64,000 bases of DNA, taken from positions 12,900-76,899 of the forward strand of contig CAZHYN010000004.1 in NCBI GenBank assembly GCA_964536865.1, given 5' to 3'. This document shows positions 10,369 to 20,598 of this stretch, piece after piece (positions within the stretch are counted from its first letter, which is position 1; each line of letters starts with the position of its first letter). Source of the stretch: an uncultured Planctomycetia bacterium. Its GTDB lineage: Bacteria > Omnitrophota > Gorgyraeia > Duberdicusellales > 4484-171. The notes beneath the pieces were generated by a model that saw only the letters and a list, made by a program, of their open reading frames with translations, had not been told where the DNA came from and made no database searches. The position numbers were made by a program, and so were the translations under genes.

Positions 10369-11346
10369 ATGTTCAGTCTTACCATAATTAGAATTCTTTT
10401 TGTGGTTCTTCTTACTGGTGTTGGTTATCTGTTAGGGGAGAAGAATCCTTGGATGTTTGCTTTGGGAGGGTTCTTAATTGGTTCTGCTCTGGTTGTTTTT
10501 GAGATAATGGCTAGACGGGTTTCTTTAAAGGGACTTTCTGCTGCTGTATTTGGAATAGTTTTAGGGTTAATCGTAGCTAAACTTTTTGGAGGACTGCTTA
10601 GCCTTTTTAATATTCCCCAGGAGATAGATTATAACCTACGAGTTCTTTTTACTCTTATCTTTATTTATATAGGACTTACTTTAGGACTTAAGGGGAAAGA
10701 AGAGTTCCACCTGATTATTCCCTACGTAAGATTCCGTCGTCAAGAGTTAAAAGAGGAAGCTATTGTAGTAGATACCAGTAGTATAATTGACGGAAGGATA
10801 CTAGATATAGTAAGGACAGGATTTTTAGAGGCGAGGTTTATCCTTCCTCGTTTCGTTCTTAATGAATTACATGCATTAGCAGATTCTACTGAACATCTAA
10901 AAAGACAGAAAGGAAAAAGAGGTATAGAAATCTTGCATGCTTTAAAGAAAGAGCCTAACATAGAGGTAGTAATAAATGAGCAAGAGTTTGAAGGCTTTAG
11001 TGATGTAGATACCAAAATCGTTAATTTAGCTAAGATGTTAGATGCCAAGGTTCTCACTACCGATTATAATCTCAACCGTATAGCTCAATTGGAGGGAGTA
11101 AAGGTTTTAAACGTTAATGACTTAGCCAATGCTCTAAAGCCTATTTTTATTCCTGGAGAAAAACTATCTATAAAAGTTATAAAGGAAGGGAAAGAGCCTA
11201 ACCAAGGAGTAGGTTATCTAGAAGATGGGACAATGGTAGTAGTAGAGAATGCTCGTTGGCTTATAGGGAAGATAGTTGACGTTGAAGTTACCAGTGTTCT
11301 TCAGTCTCCTAGTGGACGAATCATTTTCACTAAATTGGCAGGATGA
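10369..11346 (+). CDS. PIN/TRAM-domain membrane protein (YacL-like)
   Basis: Two N-terminal TM helices, a PIN domain (IVVDTSSIIDGRI...LNELH) and a C-terminal TRAM-like beta domain. Same position as Bacillus yacL between radA and ispD. Confidence 0.75.
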   Translation: MFSLTIIRILFVVLLTGVGYLLGEKNPWMFALGGFLIGSALVVFEIMARRVSLKGLSAAVFGIVLGLIVAKLFGGLLSLFNIPQEIDYNLRVLFTLIFIYIGLTLGLKGKEEFHLIIPYVRFRRQELKEEAIVVDTSSIIDGRILDIVRTGFLEARFILPRFVLNELHALADSTEHLKRQKGKRGIEILHALKKEPNIEVVINEQEFEGFSDVDTKIVNLAKMLDAKVLTTDYNLNRIAQLEGVKVLNVNDLANALKPIFIPGEKLSIKVIKEGKEPNQGVGYLEDGTMVVVENARWLIGKIVDVEVTSVLQSPSGRIIFTKLAG

Positions 11347-12035
11347 AAGTTGCAGTCATTTTAGCTTCCGCTGGCAGAGGAAGGAGGTTAGGATTAAAAA
11401 TAGATAAACCATTTGTAAATTTAGGTGGTAAGCCTCTCCTCTTTTATAGTATAGAGACTTTTCTGAAGATAGATAGGTATATTGATCAAATTGTAGTAGT
11501 GTGTAGGAGGAAATATTTTTCCTTGATTAAGAAGGAATTCTCTTCTCCTAAGATAATTCTTACCAAAGGAGGGAGAAGACGACAAGATTCTGTTTACCTT
11601 GGTCTTAAGGCTGTGAAGGAGGGTATAGAGTATGTAATCATTCACGATGGGGCTAGGCCCTTTATAAAAGAAGAAAAAGTGAAAGAGATAGTTAACTACT
11701 TGAGAAAGGGATATCCAGGGGTAACTCTAGGTTTACCTGAGAATGATTGCTTGAAGGTGGTAGAGAGAGGGATGATAAAAAAGACTATAGAGAGAAGAGA
11801 AATTTATAGAATTCAGACTCCTCAGGGGTTTAAGAAGGAGGTATTGTTTGATGTTTATCAAAGGTTTAGAAGAAGAAAGGTTTATGATGATACTCAATTT
11901 TTGGAGCTTTTAGGTAAGAAAGTTAAGATAGTGGAAGGAGATTATTTAAATATTAAGATAACCTATCCTCAGGATTTAATCTTAGGAGAACTAATCTTAA
12001 AGATGAGAGATGAAAAAAGGTCTTTTAAGAATTAG
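11343..12035 (+). CDS. ispD: 2-C-methyl-D-erythritol 4-phosphate cytidylyltransferase
   Basis: N-terminal AVILASAGRGRRLG nucleotide-binding motif, ~230 aa. 4-bp ATGA overlap with upstream gene. Confidence 0.9.
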   Translation: MKVAVILASAGRGRRLGLKIDKPFVNLGGKPLLFYSIETFLKIDRYIDQIVVVCRRKYFSLIKKEFSSPKIILTKGGRRRQDSVYLGLKAVKEGIEYVIIHDGARPFIKEEKVKEIVNYLRKGYPGVTLGLPENDCLKVVERGMIKKTIERREIYRIQTPQGFKKEVLFDVYQRFRRRKVYDDTQFLELLGKKVKIVEGDYLNIKITYPQDLILGELILKMRDEKRSFKN

Positions 12036-12546
12036 GTTAGAGAAGGAATCATTTGATGATTTAGATCAAGCGATTTCCTCAGTAGGTTTAGGGTTCGATG
12101 TTCATAGATTTACTAAAAGAAGAAAGAGATTAGTCTTGGGAGGATGGAAGATTGACTATCCTTGGGGACTAGAAGCGGTCTCTGACGGAGATGTTGTCCT
12201 TCATGCTATCTGCGATGCTATCTTAGGAGGAGCAGGTTTAGGAGATATTGGCGATTACTTCCCTCCTTACCAAAAGAAGTTCCAAGGGATGAGTAGTAAA
12301 AAAATCGTTAATCTAGTTTTGAAGAAAATAAAAGGCAAATTTGAAATTGCAAATATAGATGTAACGGTAATTTTGGATAGATTACATCTTTCCCCTTACA
12401 AGAGGGAGATAGTAGCTTCTCTTAGAAAGATATTTAGAGTGGAAAAAATAAACTTTAAAATAAAATCAAGAGAGAGTTTAGAACTTCTCGGGGGAAAAGA
12501 CGCAGTAGCTTGTTTAGTCGTAGTTCTCCTAAGGCGAGTATGTTGA
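12010..12546 (+). CDS. ispF: 2-C-methyl-D-erythritol 2,4-cyclodiphosphate synthase
   Basis: GLGFDVHRF...ISDGDVVLHAICDAILGA motifs. The annotated ATG gives an N-terminal extension of about 25 aa, so the true start may be an internal alternative codon. Confidence 0.85.
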   Translation: MKKGLLRIRLEKESFDDLDQAISSVGLGFDVHRFTKRRKRLVLGGWKIDYPWGLEAVSDGDVVLHAICDAILGGAGLGDIGDYFPPYQKKFQGMSSKKIVNLVLKKIKGKFEIANIDVTVILDRLHLSPYKREIVASLRKIFRVEKINFKIKSRESLELLGGKDAVACLVVVLLRRVC

Positions 12547-13934
12547 AGATATTTAATACTCTAACCAGAAATAAGGAAGAGTTTAGACCACTTTCTCCTC
12601 CTTTAGTTAAGATTTATTCGTGTGGAGTAACTGTTTATGATCACTGTCACATTGGTCACGGTCGTTCCTTATATATCTTTGAGGTAATGAGAAGATACCT
12701 AAACTATAAAGGATTTAAAGTAAAATTTGTAAGAAATATTACTGATGTCGATGATAAAATAATTAATAAAGCTAAACAATGGAGCCAAGAGAGAAGAATA
12801 TCTTTGGAAGAGGCCTTTACGTTGGTAAGAGAAACCTATATTAAAAGCTACTATGAAGATTTAGGTTTATTGAAGTTACCTCCTGCGGATATTGAACCAA
12901 AAGCTACAGAGAATATTCCTTATATGATAGATTTCATAAAAAGAATAATTGATAAAGGTTACGCCTATCAGAGAGAAGGCAATGTTTATTTCAGTGTAAG
13001 GAAGTTTGCTTCCTATGGAAAACTTTCTGGTAAAAAGTTGGACGAACTTTTCCAAGGAGTACGAATAGAGAGGGATCCTTTAAAGAAGGATCCTTTTGAT
13101 TTTGCTCTCTGGAAGAGAAGAAAAGAAGGAGAACCTTATTGGTCTTCTCCTTTTGGAGAAGGAAGACCAGGTTGGCATATAGAATGTTCAGTTATGGCAG
13201 AAAGATTTTTAGGTTCACCTTTAGATATTCATGGAGGGGGTAAAGATTTGATCTTTCCTCATCATGAAAATGAGATAGCCCAATCCGAGAGTATAGGGAA
13301 TTCACCTTTTTCTCGATATTGGCTCCATCACGGTCTTATTACTTTTAACAAGGAGAAGATGGCTAAATCCCTAGGCAATTTCTTTACTATCAAAGAAGTA
13401 ACTAGAAGGTTTTCTCATGAAGCCCTCAAATTGTTTTATCTTTCTGCTCATTATACTTCTCCCCTTGATTTCGACTGGGAGAGATTAGAGGAAGCAGAAG
13501 CTCAAAGGAAGCGATTATATATTGTCTATGATTATTTAAAAGATATTCCTTCTCTTCCTATAAAGAGAGAAGAGATTCTTAATCTTACTCGAGAGTTTGC
13601 GAAAGCTATGGATGATGATTTTAACATACCTCAAGCTAAAGCTTTACTATTTTCTTTGTCTCCTTTGGTGGGAAGAGATAAAAATAGGGAATTTCTCGGA
13701 GAGGTTAAAAACTTCCTTTTGACAGTAGGGAATATATTTTCTCTTTTCCAGGAGGAAATCCAGTTACCCGAAGATTTCAAAAAGTATATTGAGGAAAGAA
13801 TCTCTCAGAGAAAGAGGTTACGTCAAGAAAAAAAATTTAGAGAAGCAGATAAAATAAGAGAGGAGTTAACACAGAAGGGGATAATCTTAGAAGATTTATC
13901 TGATGGTACTACTCGGTGGCGGATGAAACGGTGA
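12540..13934 (+). CDS. cysS: Cysteine--tRNA ligase
   Basis: HIGH motif CHIGHGRS and KMSKS motif KMAKSLGN. Start taken at MLKIFNTLTR; the upstream ATG at 12510 overlaps ispF. Confidence 0.95.
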   Translation: MLKIFNTLTRNKEEFRPLSPPLVKIYSCGVTVYDHCHIGHGRSLYIFEVMRRYLNYKGFKVKFVRNITDVDDKIINKAKQWSQERRISLEEAFTLVRETYIKSYYEDLGLLKLPPADIEPKATENIPYMIDFIKRIIDKGYAYQREGNVYFSVRKFASYGKLSGKKLDELFQGVRIERDPLKKDPFDFALWKRRKEGEPYWSSPFGEGRPGWHIECSVMAERFLGSPLDIHGGGKDLIFPHHENEIAQSESIGNSPFSRYWLHHGLITFNKEKMAKSLGNFFTIKEVTRRFSHEALKLFYLSAHYTSPLDFDWERLEEAEAQRKRLYIVYDYLKDIPSLPIKREEILNLTREFAKAMDDDFNIPQAKALLFSLSPLVGRDKNREFLGEVKNFLLTVGNIFSLFQEEIQLPEDFKKYIEERISQRKRLRQEKKFREADKIREELTQKGIILEDLSDGTTRWRMKR

Positions 13935-14563
13935 GTAAACGTGCTTTGTTTATAACCTTTGAGGGATTAGAAGGAAGTGGTAAAAGCAGTATAATATCTT
14001 TCTTGGTAAGGTATTTGAGAAAGAGGAAGCTTTCAGTAAAGGTGTTTAGAGAGCCTGGGTCTACAAAAGTTGGTGAACTTTTAAGAAATATCCTTCTAGA
14101 TAAGAGAAAGATAATTTCTCCTTATACAGAACTCCTTCTTTACTTAGCAGCAAGAACTCAGCTTATCGAAGAGAAGCTCAATAGAGCTTTTAAAGATTAC
14201 GATGTAGTCATTTGCGATAGATTCTATGATTCCACCATAGCTTATCAAGGTTATGGGTTGAAGTTGGGTAGGATGGTAGAGAAGGTAGTTAAGATTTTTT
14301 CTTTAGGGATAAAGCCTGATCTTACTATTCTCTTAGATGGTGATGTAAAAAAGGGACTTAAAAGAATTAGGGGCAAAGATAGAATTGAGAGAAGACCTCT
14401 AAGTTTTCATTACCGGCTAAGAAGAGGATATAGAATGATTGCTAAAAGAGAACCCTGGCGCCTAAAGATAGTAAACGCTGATAAAAGTTTGCGGGAAATC
14501 TCCAGAAGGATTAAGAAAATCGTTGATGATTTTTTGAGAGATAAATGTATAAAAAAGTCTTAG
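13916..14563 (+). CDS. tmk: Thymidylate kinase
   Basis: P-loop FITFEGLEGSGKSS. DRF motif ICDRFYDS. About 210 aa. Confidence 0.9.
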   Translation: MADETVSKRALFITFEGLEGSGKSSIISFLVRYLRKRKLSVKVFREPGSTKVGELLRNILLDKRKIISPYTELLLYLAARTQLIEEKLNRAFKDYDVVICDRFYDSTIAYQGYGLKLGRMVEKVVKIFSLGIKPDLTILLDGDVKKGLKRIRGKDRIERRPLSFHYRLRRGYRMIAKREPWRLKIVNADKSLREISRRIKKIVDDFLRDKCIKKS

Positions 14564-15327
14564 ATTACTTTTCTCTTCTTAAAAGGAATAATCTTGTGAG
14601 CTCTTCCTATCTATTTGTAGGAAGTAATCTGCTATCTCTTAGTTTAGATATAGCTAAACTCATAAATTGTCCAAATAGTGATTATTCCTGTAATTGTTGT
14701 GAGAGTTGTAAAGAGTTTGGAAAAAGTATTTCCTACGATATTTTCTGTGTTGATGAGCCTTATACTATAAAAATTGAGAATATTCGTGTAGCCCAGCAAT
14801 TTCTTGCTCGTAAGAGCATAAATTTACTGAAGAAGGTTTTGATTGTAAATAATATCCATAATCTTACTGAAGAAGCTTCCAATGCTTTTTTAAAGAGCCT
14901 AGAAGAGCCTCCTAAGGATTCTCTCATTATTCTTACTAGTTCTCGGGTTGATATGATTCTTCCTACAATACTTTCTCGGTGTAAAAGAATCTATTTTCCT
15001 ATGATTGAGGAGGCCTCTTTTCTTTATTCTAAAGAGGTATTGAGAAATTTCTTAGTTGATGGCAACTTACCAGTATTTAAGAGTAGAGAGGAAGCAAGAA
15101 ATTTTTTCTCTGATGTAATAATTTTCCTGAGGGATTATATGATTTTTGGTATAATTAAAAATAGAAATTTATTGATAAATTCTGGTAGTTATGAGATAAT
15201 TCCCCACTTTAAAGAAAATTTTAACAAAGTTTTAGAGATTCTAGAAAGAGCCATTATGCTAATTAATGAGTTAGATAATTTAAACATTAATTTAGCGGTG
15301 AATCTTTTAAATTTAATTTCGAGATAG
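14545..15327 (+). CDS. holB: DNA polymerase III delta-prime subunit
   Basis: Degenerate AAA+ clamp-loader fold. Zinc module CNCCESC. SLEEPP box. Position after tmk as in Bacillus. Confidence 0.8.
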   Translation: MYKKVLDYFSLLKRNNLVSSSYLFVGSNLLSLSLDIAKLINCPNSDYSCNCCESCKEFGKSISYDIFCVDEPYTIKIENIRVAQQFLARKSINLLKKVLIVNNIHNLTEEASNAFLKSLEEPPKDSLIILTSSRVDMILPTILSRCKRIYFPMIEEASFLYSKEVLRNFLVDGNLPVFKSREEARNFFSDVIIFLRDYMIFGIIKNRNLLINSGSYEIIPHFKENFNKVLEILERAIMLINELDNLNINLAVNLLNLISR

Positions 15328-15328
15328 A

Positions 15329-16102
15329 ATGAAAGTAGCTTTAGTAAGATTGAGAGAGGTAGGCAACATTTTAAGCTATCTGGCTCCCTTTGAAGTTAAG
15401 TCACAAGATAAAGTAATCGTAGAGGCAGATAGAGGTTTAGACTACGGAGAAGTTTTAGAAGTTAGTGAGGAGTACCCTTCTGCTAACTTGAAAAAGATAA
15501 TAAGGAAAATGACACCTGAAGATATAAAACAGGTAAAAGAAAACACTAAGCAGGCAAAAGATGCATTGCAGATTTGTGCACGGAAGATAAAAGAACATAA
15601 GTTAGAGATGAAGTTAGTTGAAGCAGAGTATTCCTTTGATAAGAAAAAAGTAATTTTTTATTTCACTGCAGAAGGAAGGGTTGACTTTCGTGAGTTGGTA
15701 AAAGACTTAGCTAAGATTTTTAGAATAAGGATAGAAATGCGCCAGATTGGGGTAAGAGACGAGGCTCGGCTTTTTGGAGGCATAGGACCTTGTGGTAGAA
15801 GTTTATGCTGTGTTTCCTTTCTGAAAAATTTTGAGCCGGTGAGTATCAAGATGGCAAAGATTCAACGGCTCCCTCTAAATCCTTCTAAGATATCAGGAAT
15901 ATGTGGGAGACTTATGTGTTGTTTGTTTTATGAGTATAAGAACTATCGTGATTTTTCTCGTAACCTTCCCCGTGAGGGTCAGACTATTCATACTTCCCGA
16001 GGGAAAGGGAAAGTAGTTTCTGTAAATGTTTTGAAGAGATTGGCTTATGTAGAGTTTGAAGATGGAGGGATAGAAAAAATAACTTATCCTATAAATGAGT
16101 AA
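15329..16102 (+). CDS. PSP1 C-terminal domain protein (YaaT/RicT-like)
   Basis: PSP1 domain with the conserved Cys cluster GPCGRSLCC...GICGRLMCC. Position after holB as Bacillus yaaT. Confidence 0.85.
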   Translation: MKVALVRLREVGNILSYLAPFEVKSQDKVIVEADRGLDYGEVLEVSEEYPSANLKKIIRKMTPEDIKQVKENTKQAKDALQICARKIKEHKLEMKLVEAEYSFDKKKVIFYFTAEGRVDFRELVKDLAKIFRIRIEMRQIGVRDEARLFGGIGPCGRSLCCVSFLKNFEPVSIKMAKIQRLPLNPSKISGICGRLMCCLFYEYKNYRDFSRNLPREGQTIHTSRGKGKVVSVNVLKRLAYVEFEDGGIEKITYPINE

Positions 16103-17630
16103 GTTTTATCTAACCACCCCTCTTTACTATGTTAACGCTTCTCCTCATATAGGGCATGCCTATACAAATATTGTTACCGATGTTTTAGCACGGTTTAAGC
16201 GTCTCAAAAAAGATGAAGTTTTTTTTCTTACTGGCACGGATGAACATGGTGAGAAAGTGAGAGAAGCAGCTCACGTTAAGGGTAAACATCCCAGAGAGTT
16301 TGCTGATGAAGTGGTAGTTAACTTTCAAAAACTTTGGAAAATGTTAAATATTTCTTACGATTTCTTTATAAGAACTACCGATGAGCTCCATAAAAAAGTA
16401 GTTAAGAAGGTTATTGAAATCCTTTGGGACAAAGGTGATATTTACAAATCTACCTATAAAGGTTTTTATTGTGTTCCCTGTGAGTCTTTCTTTAGTGAGA
16501 TACAAGTTAAAGAAACAAGGGGTAGGTGCCCGGAATGCAAAAGGCCCTTAGAAGAAATAAAGGAGGATAATTATTTTTTTAGGCTTTCTAAGTATCAAGG
16601 ATGGTTAAAGGACTATCTTAAAGATAATCCTCAGACTGTAAAACCGTCCATTCGTCATAATGAGGTGTTGGGATTTCTTGAGTCTAATCCTTTAAATGAT
16701 TTATGTATCTCCCGTCCCAAGCATAGAGTAAGTTGGGGGATAGAATTCCCTGGAGATATTCACTATGTAGTGTATGTGTGGTTCGATGCCCTCCTTAATT
16801 ACATAAGTGGAGTGGGATTCTACTATCAAGAAGAGAATTTTAGAAAGTGGTGGCCTGCAGATTGCCATTTTATTGGTAAGGATATCTTAAGACAACATGC
16901 TATCTTTTGGCCTATTATCTTACATGCTTTAGGTCTTTCTCCTCCCAACACTGTGTTTGCCCATGGATGGTGGTTGGTAGAACAGGAAAAGATGTCTAAG
17001 TCAAAGGGGAATATTATTAATCCATTTGATTGTATAGAAGAATTCGGTAGTGATGCTTTAAGATACTTTCTCTTAAGAGAAATTCCCCTTGGATTGGATG
17101 GTAGCTTTTCTCGAGAAAAATTTATAAAAAGGATAAATTCTGATCTAGCTAATGATTTGGGGAATTTGGTATTTAGAGTGCTTAATATGAGTGAGAAATA
17201 CTTTGGGGGAAAAGTTTCTTCTCTAAGAAGAGAACCGCCTTGGGAATTTAAATCTTCATTGGATGAGTTAAATAAGAGTTATACCTCCCTTATGGACAAT
17301 TTAGAATTTTATTCTGCTTTAGAAAAGATTTGGTCTTTTATAAATCTTATGAATAAATTTATTGAGGATAAGAAACCTTGGGTTATGTGGAAGGAAAAGA
17401 GAATAGAGGAGTTAAAATACTTTCTACTTTCTCTTCTGGAGGGGATAAGAATAGTAACAGTGTATATCTCTCCTTTCCTTCCACAAGCAGTAGTAGATAT
17501 TCTGTCTCAGTTAGGTCAAAGTAGTTTAAAAGAGAATTTAACCTTAGAGGATGTGCGTTGGAAACCTCAAGGATTTATCACTCAGAAAGGAACTCCTCTT
17601 TTTCCTCGGATAGATGAGAGTGTTCTTTAA
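16095..17630 (+). CDS. metG: Methionine--tRNA ligase (short form)
   Basis: HIGH motif PHIGHAYT, KMSKS motif KMSKSKGN, zinc knuckle CVPCES...CPEC. 511 aa, no C-terminal EMAP domain. Confidence 0.95.
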   Translation: MSKFYLTTPLYYVNASPHIGHAYTNIVTDVLARFKRLKKDEVFFLTGTDEHGEKVREAAHVKGKHPREFADEVVVNFQKLWKMLNISYDFFIRTTDELHKKVVKKVIEILWDKGDIYKSTYKGFYCVPCESFFSEIQVKETRGRCPECKRPLEEIKEDNYFFRLSKYQGWLKDYLKDNPQTVKPSIRHNEVLGFLESNPLNDLCISRPKHRVSWGIEFPGDIHYVVYVWFDALLNYISGVGFYYQEENFRKWWPADCHFIGKDILRQHAIFWPIILHALGLSPPNTVFAHGWWLVEQEKMSKSKGNIINPFDCIEEFGSDALRYFLLREIPLGLDGSFSREKFIKRINSDLANDLGNLVFRVLNMSEKYFGGKVSSLRREPPWEFKSSLDELNKSYTSLMDNLEFYSALEKIWSFINLMNKFIEDKKPWVMWKEKRIEELKYFLLSLLEGIRIVTVYISPFLPQAVVDILSQLGQSSLKENLTLEDVRWKPQGFITQKGTPLFPRIDESVL

Positions 17631-17656
17631 GTTCTTTAATTGATAATTCTGTAAAC

Positions 17657-17695
17657 CCCGAACCCCGCCCTTTCAAGGAAAGGGCGGGGTTCGGG
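17657..17695. terminator. Perfect 18-bp GC-rich hairpin with 3-nt loop downstream of metG
   Basis: cccgaaccccgccctttc-aag-gaaagggcggggttcggg read directly from the sequence. No trailing T-run, so function as an intrinsic terminator is uncertain. Confidence 0.5.
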
Positions 17696-17713
17696 ATAAA
17701 TCTTGTTTGCAGT

Positions 17714-18472
17714 TTGATGGATTCTGGCATCCTGATAGATACACACTGTCATATAAATTCTCTAGATGACCACTCCAGAGAAGAGTTATTTGTTTTGGGG
17801 AAAAAAAGGTTTATTTTTGTCGACGTAAGTACAGATTCCTCTAGTGCAAGGCTTTCTGTTGCCTTATCTTCTCAATATTCTTTTATCTACTCCTGTTTAG
17901 GATTTCATCCTTTAGGAGCTCACAATTTTAAGGAGGAAGTTATAGATGAGTTTGAAGAATTGTTTCATCAAAGTAAAAAGGTAGTAGGTATTGGAGAGAT
18001 CGGGATAGATTATAAATCTCAAGCATCTTTTAACACCCAAGTAAAGGTTTTTAAGAGATTTATAGAGTTAGCAAGAAGGTTAGATCTGCCAATAGTAGTG
18101 CATAATCGATGGAACTCTTTGTCTTTGTTTGATATTCTAGATGGATATTTTTCTTCCTATCGTAAGATAATCTTTCATTGCTTCTCTCAAGACAGAAACA
18201 CATTAGAAAGAATTTTGAGAAAAGATGGATGGGTTTCCTTCTCTCTAAATATATTAAGAGGAAAAAGAAAGCTTATTGAAGCTTTGAAAGTTGTTCCTTT
18301 CGAAAATCTTCTTCTAGAAACTGATTCCCCCTATATGTTCATAAATAGGAAAAAGTCTCACCCCTTAAATATAAAGGATGTGTATAATTTTGTTGCCCAG
18401 GTCAAGAATATCTCTTTAGAGGAGTTATCTCAAATAATTTTGGTTAACGCTAGAAAGGTTTTCAAAATCTAA
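17714..18472 (+). CDS. tatD: TatD-family metal-dependent hydrolase (YabD-like)
   Basis: N-terminal IDTHCH metal-binding motif. 252 aa. Position after metG as Bacillus yabD. Confidence 0.85.
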   Translation: MMDSGILIDTHCHINSLDDHSREELFVLGKKRFIFVDVSTDSSSARLSVALSSQYSFIYSCLGFHPLGAHNFKEEVIDEFEELFHQSKKVVGIGEIGIDYKSQASFNTQVKVFKRFIELARRLDLPIVVHNRWNSLSLFDILDGYFSSYRKIIFHCFSQDRNTLERILRKDGWVSFSLNILRGKRKLIEALKVVPFENLLLETDSPYMFINRKKSHPLNIKDVYNFVAQVKNISLEELSQIILVNARKVFKI

Positions 18473-18718
18473 ATGTCTAAAGAATTAGCTGATAGAAATG
18501 GCTTTAAATTACTCTATCCTGAAAATTCTATTATTAGAGAAGATATATCTTTATCTTGGTGGGTAGATGGATTTAAGATTGTAAACTTACCTAAACTTAA
18601 AACCCATGATATAATGGAGCTGATTTTAGTAATGAGGAATCTTTTGTGTTGTAACGAAGTATGTGAATTCTCTGCGATAAAATTGAATAAGAGTTTTCTT
18701 TTGAGACTAATTAGATAA
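18473..18718 (+). CDS. Hypothetical small protein (81 aa)
   Basis: ORF packed tightly between tatD and mtnA (1-bp gaps on both sides). No recognisable motif. Confidence 0.3.
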   Translation: MSKELADRNGFKLLYPENSIIREDISLSWWVDGFKIVNLPKLKTHDIMELILVMRNLLCCNEVCEFSAIKLNKSFLLRLIR

Positions 18719-19758
18719 TGACTTCTGCACTCATTTTTAAAAATCAGAAGCTATACTATTTAGACCAAAGAAAACTTCCTTTAAAGGAAGAATGGAAAGA
18801 ATGTAAAAATCTTAGAGAAGCCTTTTTAGCTATAAGGGAGTTAAGGATAAGAGGAGCTCCTCTTATTGGAGTATTTGCTGGCTACAGTGTGTATATTGCT
18901 ATGAAGAATCATAGAGAAAAGGGAGAGATTAAGTTTTTTAAATCCTTAGAAAGAGTGATTAGTTTTCTTAAGACCTCCAGACCCACAGCGGTAAATCTTT
19001 TTTGGGCTTTGGATAGAATAAAGAGGATTGTCTACCAAAATAAAGGCAAGAGTATAAAAGAATTGAAAGAATTGATTCTTAAAGAGGCAAAAATGATTCA
19101 TTATGAAGATATATTACTGTGTCGTAGAATATCTAGAAATGGCGTAAGGCTTATAAAAAAGGGAGATAGAATTTTGACCCATTGTAATACGGGGTTTCTA
19201 GCTACTTCAGGAGAAGGTACAGCCTTAGGAGTTATCTATGAGGGTGTTCGTCGCTATAAAAATATAAAAGTATACGTGGATGAGACCAGACCACTTCTGC
19301 AAGGTGCACGGTTAACTAGTTGGGAATTGACTAAAAGAAAGATTGACGCCACTCTTATTACTGACAATATGGCTGCTTATTTGATGCAGAGGAGAGAAAT
19401 TGATAAAATATTCGTAGGAGCAGATAGAATTACTCGATGTGGAGATGTGGCCAATAAAATTGGAACTTATAATTTAGCAGTTTTAGCAAAGTATCATCAC
19501 CTGCCCTTCTATGTAGTAGCTCCATCTACCAGTTTCGATCTCACTATAGAGAAAGGGGAGGAGATATCTATTGAGCAGAGAAGTCCTGATGAGGTGAGGA
19601 AAGTATTAGGGAGAATATATATATCTCCTAAAAGAGTTAGAGTGTATAACCCTGCGTTTGATGTTACTCCTCACCGGTTAATCTCAGCAATAGTAACTGA
19701 TAGAGGGATAATCAAACCCCCGTTTAGGGAGAATATATTGAAGGTATTTTATGGATGA
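18718..19758 (+). CDS. mtnA: S-methyl-5-thioribose-1-phosphate isomerase (eIF-2B alpha/beta/delta family)
   Basis: 346 aa. RPTAVNLFWA...HCNTG...TRPLLQGARLT motifs of the MtnA/e2b2 family. Confidence 0.85.
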   Translation: MTSALIFKNQKLYYLDQRKLPLKEEWKECKNLREAFLAIRELRIRGAPLIGVFAGYSVYIAMKNHREKGEIKFFKSLERVISFLKTSRPTAVNLFWALDRIKRIVYQNKGKSIKELKELILKEAKMIHYEDILLCRRISRNGVRLIKKGDRILTHCNTGFLATSGEGTALGVIYEGVRRYKNIKVYVDETRPLLQGARLTSWELTKRKIDATLITDNMAAYLMQRREIDKIFVGADRITRCGDVANKIGTYNLAVLAKYHHLPFYVVAPSTSFDLTIEKGEEISIEQRSPDEVRKVLGRIYISPKRVRVYNPAFDVTPHRLISAIVTDRGIIKPPFRENILKVFYG

Positions 19759-20596
19759 AATAGGTTGGGTTGATTTTCTAAAACGTTACTTAGGGAGCTC
19801 AAAAAAAGTGATAGCTTCTTTTGGAGAGGATTGCGCAATAGTAAAAGACAAGGATAAATTTATTCTTTTGAGTAGTGACTTATTCATAGAAGGTGTACAT
19901 TTTGACTTAAAGAAGATAAGTTTTAAAAACTTGGGGAAGAGAGCGGTAGCAAGAGCTGTCTCTGATATAGTTGCTTGTGCTGGTATACCTAAATTTTTAG
20001 GAGTTTCCTTAGGTATTTCTCCTTCCTTAACTTTTAGAGAATTAAAGAGTATAATCCTAGGAGTGAAGGAAATATGTAGAGCTTTCCAAATAGAGTTTGT
20101 AGGAGGAGATACTGCTAAGGCAAAGTTTTTGTTCTTGGATGTATGGGTAGTGGGAGAAACACAAAAGTATGTACTAAGAAGCTCAGCCAAGGAAGGAGAC
20201 TATATTTTTCTTACAGGAAGATTAGGAGAATTAAAGTTTAACCAAGTTCCTCACTTAAGAATTAGAGAGATTCATAGATTAGTAGAGAAGTTTAAAATAA
20301 ATGCTATGATTGATATTTCTGATGGGTTTGTTCTTGATTTATGGCGTCTTTTAAGAGAAAGTAGGAAAGGAGCTCTAATTTATTTGGAAAATTTACCCCT
20401 TACTCGAGGAATAAGAGATATCTACCGAGGAGAGGATTATGAGTTAATTTTTACTGTGTCTATAGATCAAGATTTATCACTCCTTAAGAGGAAGTATTTC
20501 CTCGTAGGAGAAATCAAGAATAAAGAATTTGGTTATAAAATAAAATCTAAAGAAGGAATCAAGAAGCTCAAGATAAAAGGATTTCTTCATTTTTAA
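19751..20596 (+). CDS. thiL: Thiamine-monophosphate kinase
   Basis: AIR-synthase-related fold. GEDCAIV...LLSSDLFIEGVHF...GGDTA motifs. Confidence 0.75.
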   Translation: MDEIGWVDFLKRYLGSSKKVIASFGEDCAIVKDKDKFILLSSDLFIEGVHFDLKKISFKNLGKRAVARAVSDIVACAGIPKFLGVSLGISPSLTFRELKSIILGVKEICRAFQIEFVGGDTAKAKFLFLDVWVVGETQKYVLRSSAKEGDYIFLTGRLGELKFNQVPHLRIREIHRLVEKFKINAMIDISDGFVLDLWRLLRESRKGALIYLENLPLTRGIRDIYRGEDYELIFTVSIDQDLSLLKRKYFLVGEIKNKEFGYKIKSKEGIKKLKIKGFLHF

Positions 20597-20598
20597 AG

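Noticed and set aside
16095-16110. T-box leaders before metG, cysS and leuS
   Set aside because: All three aaRS genes overlap or abut the upstream gene by 8-30 bp, leaving no room for a leader RNA.
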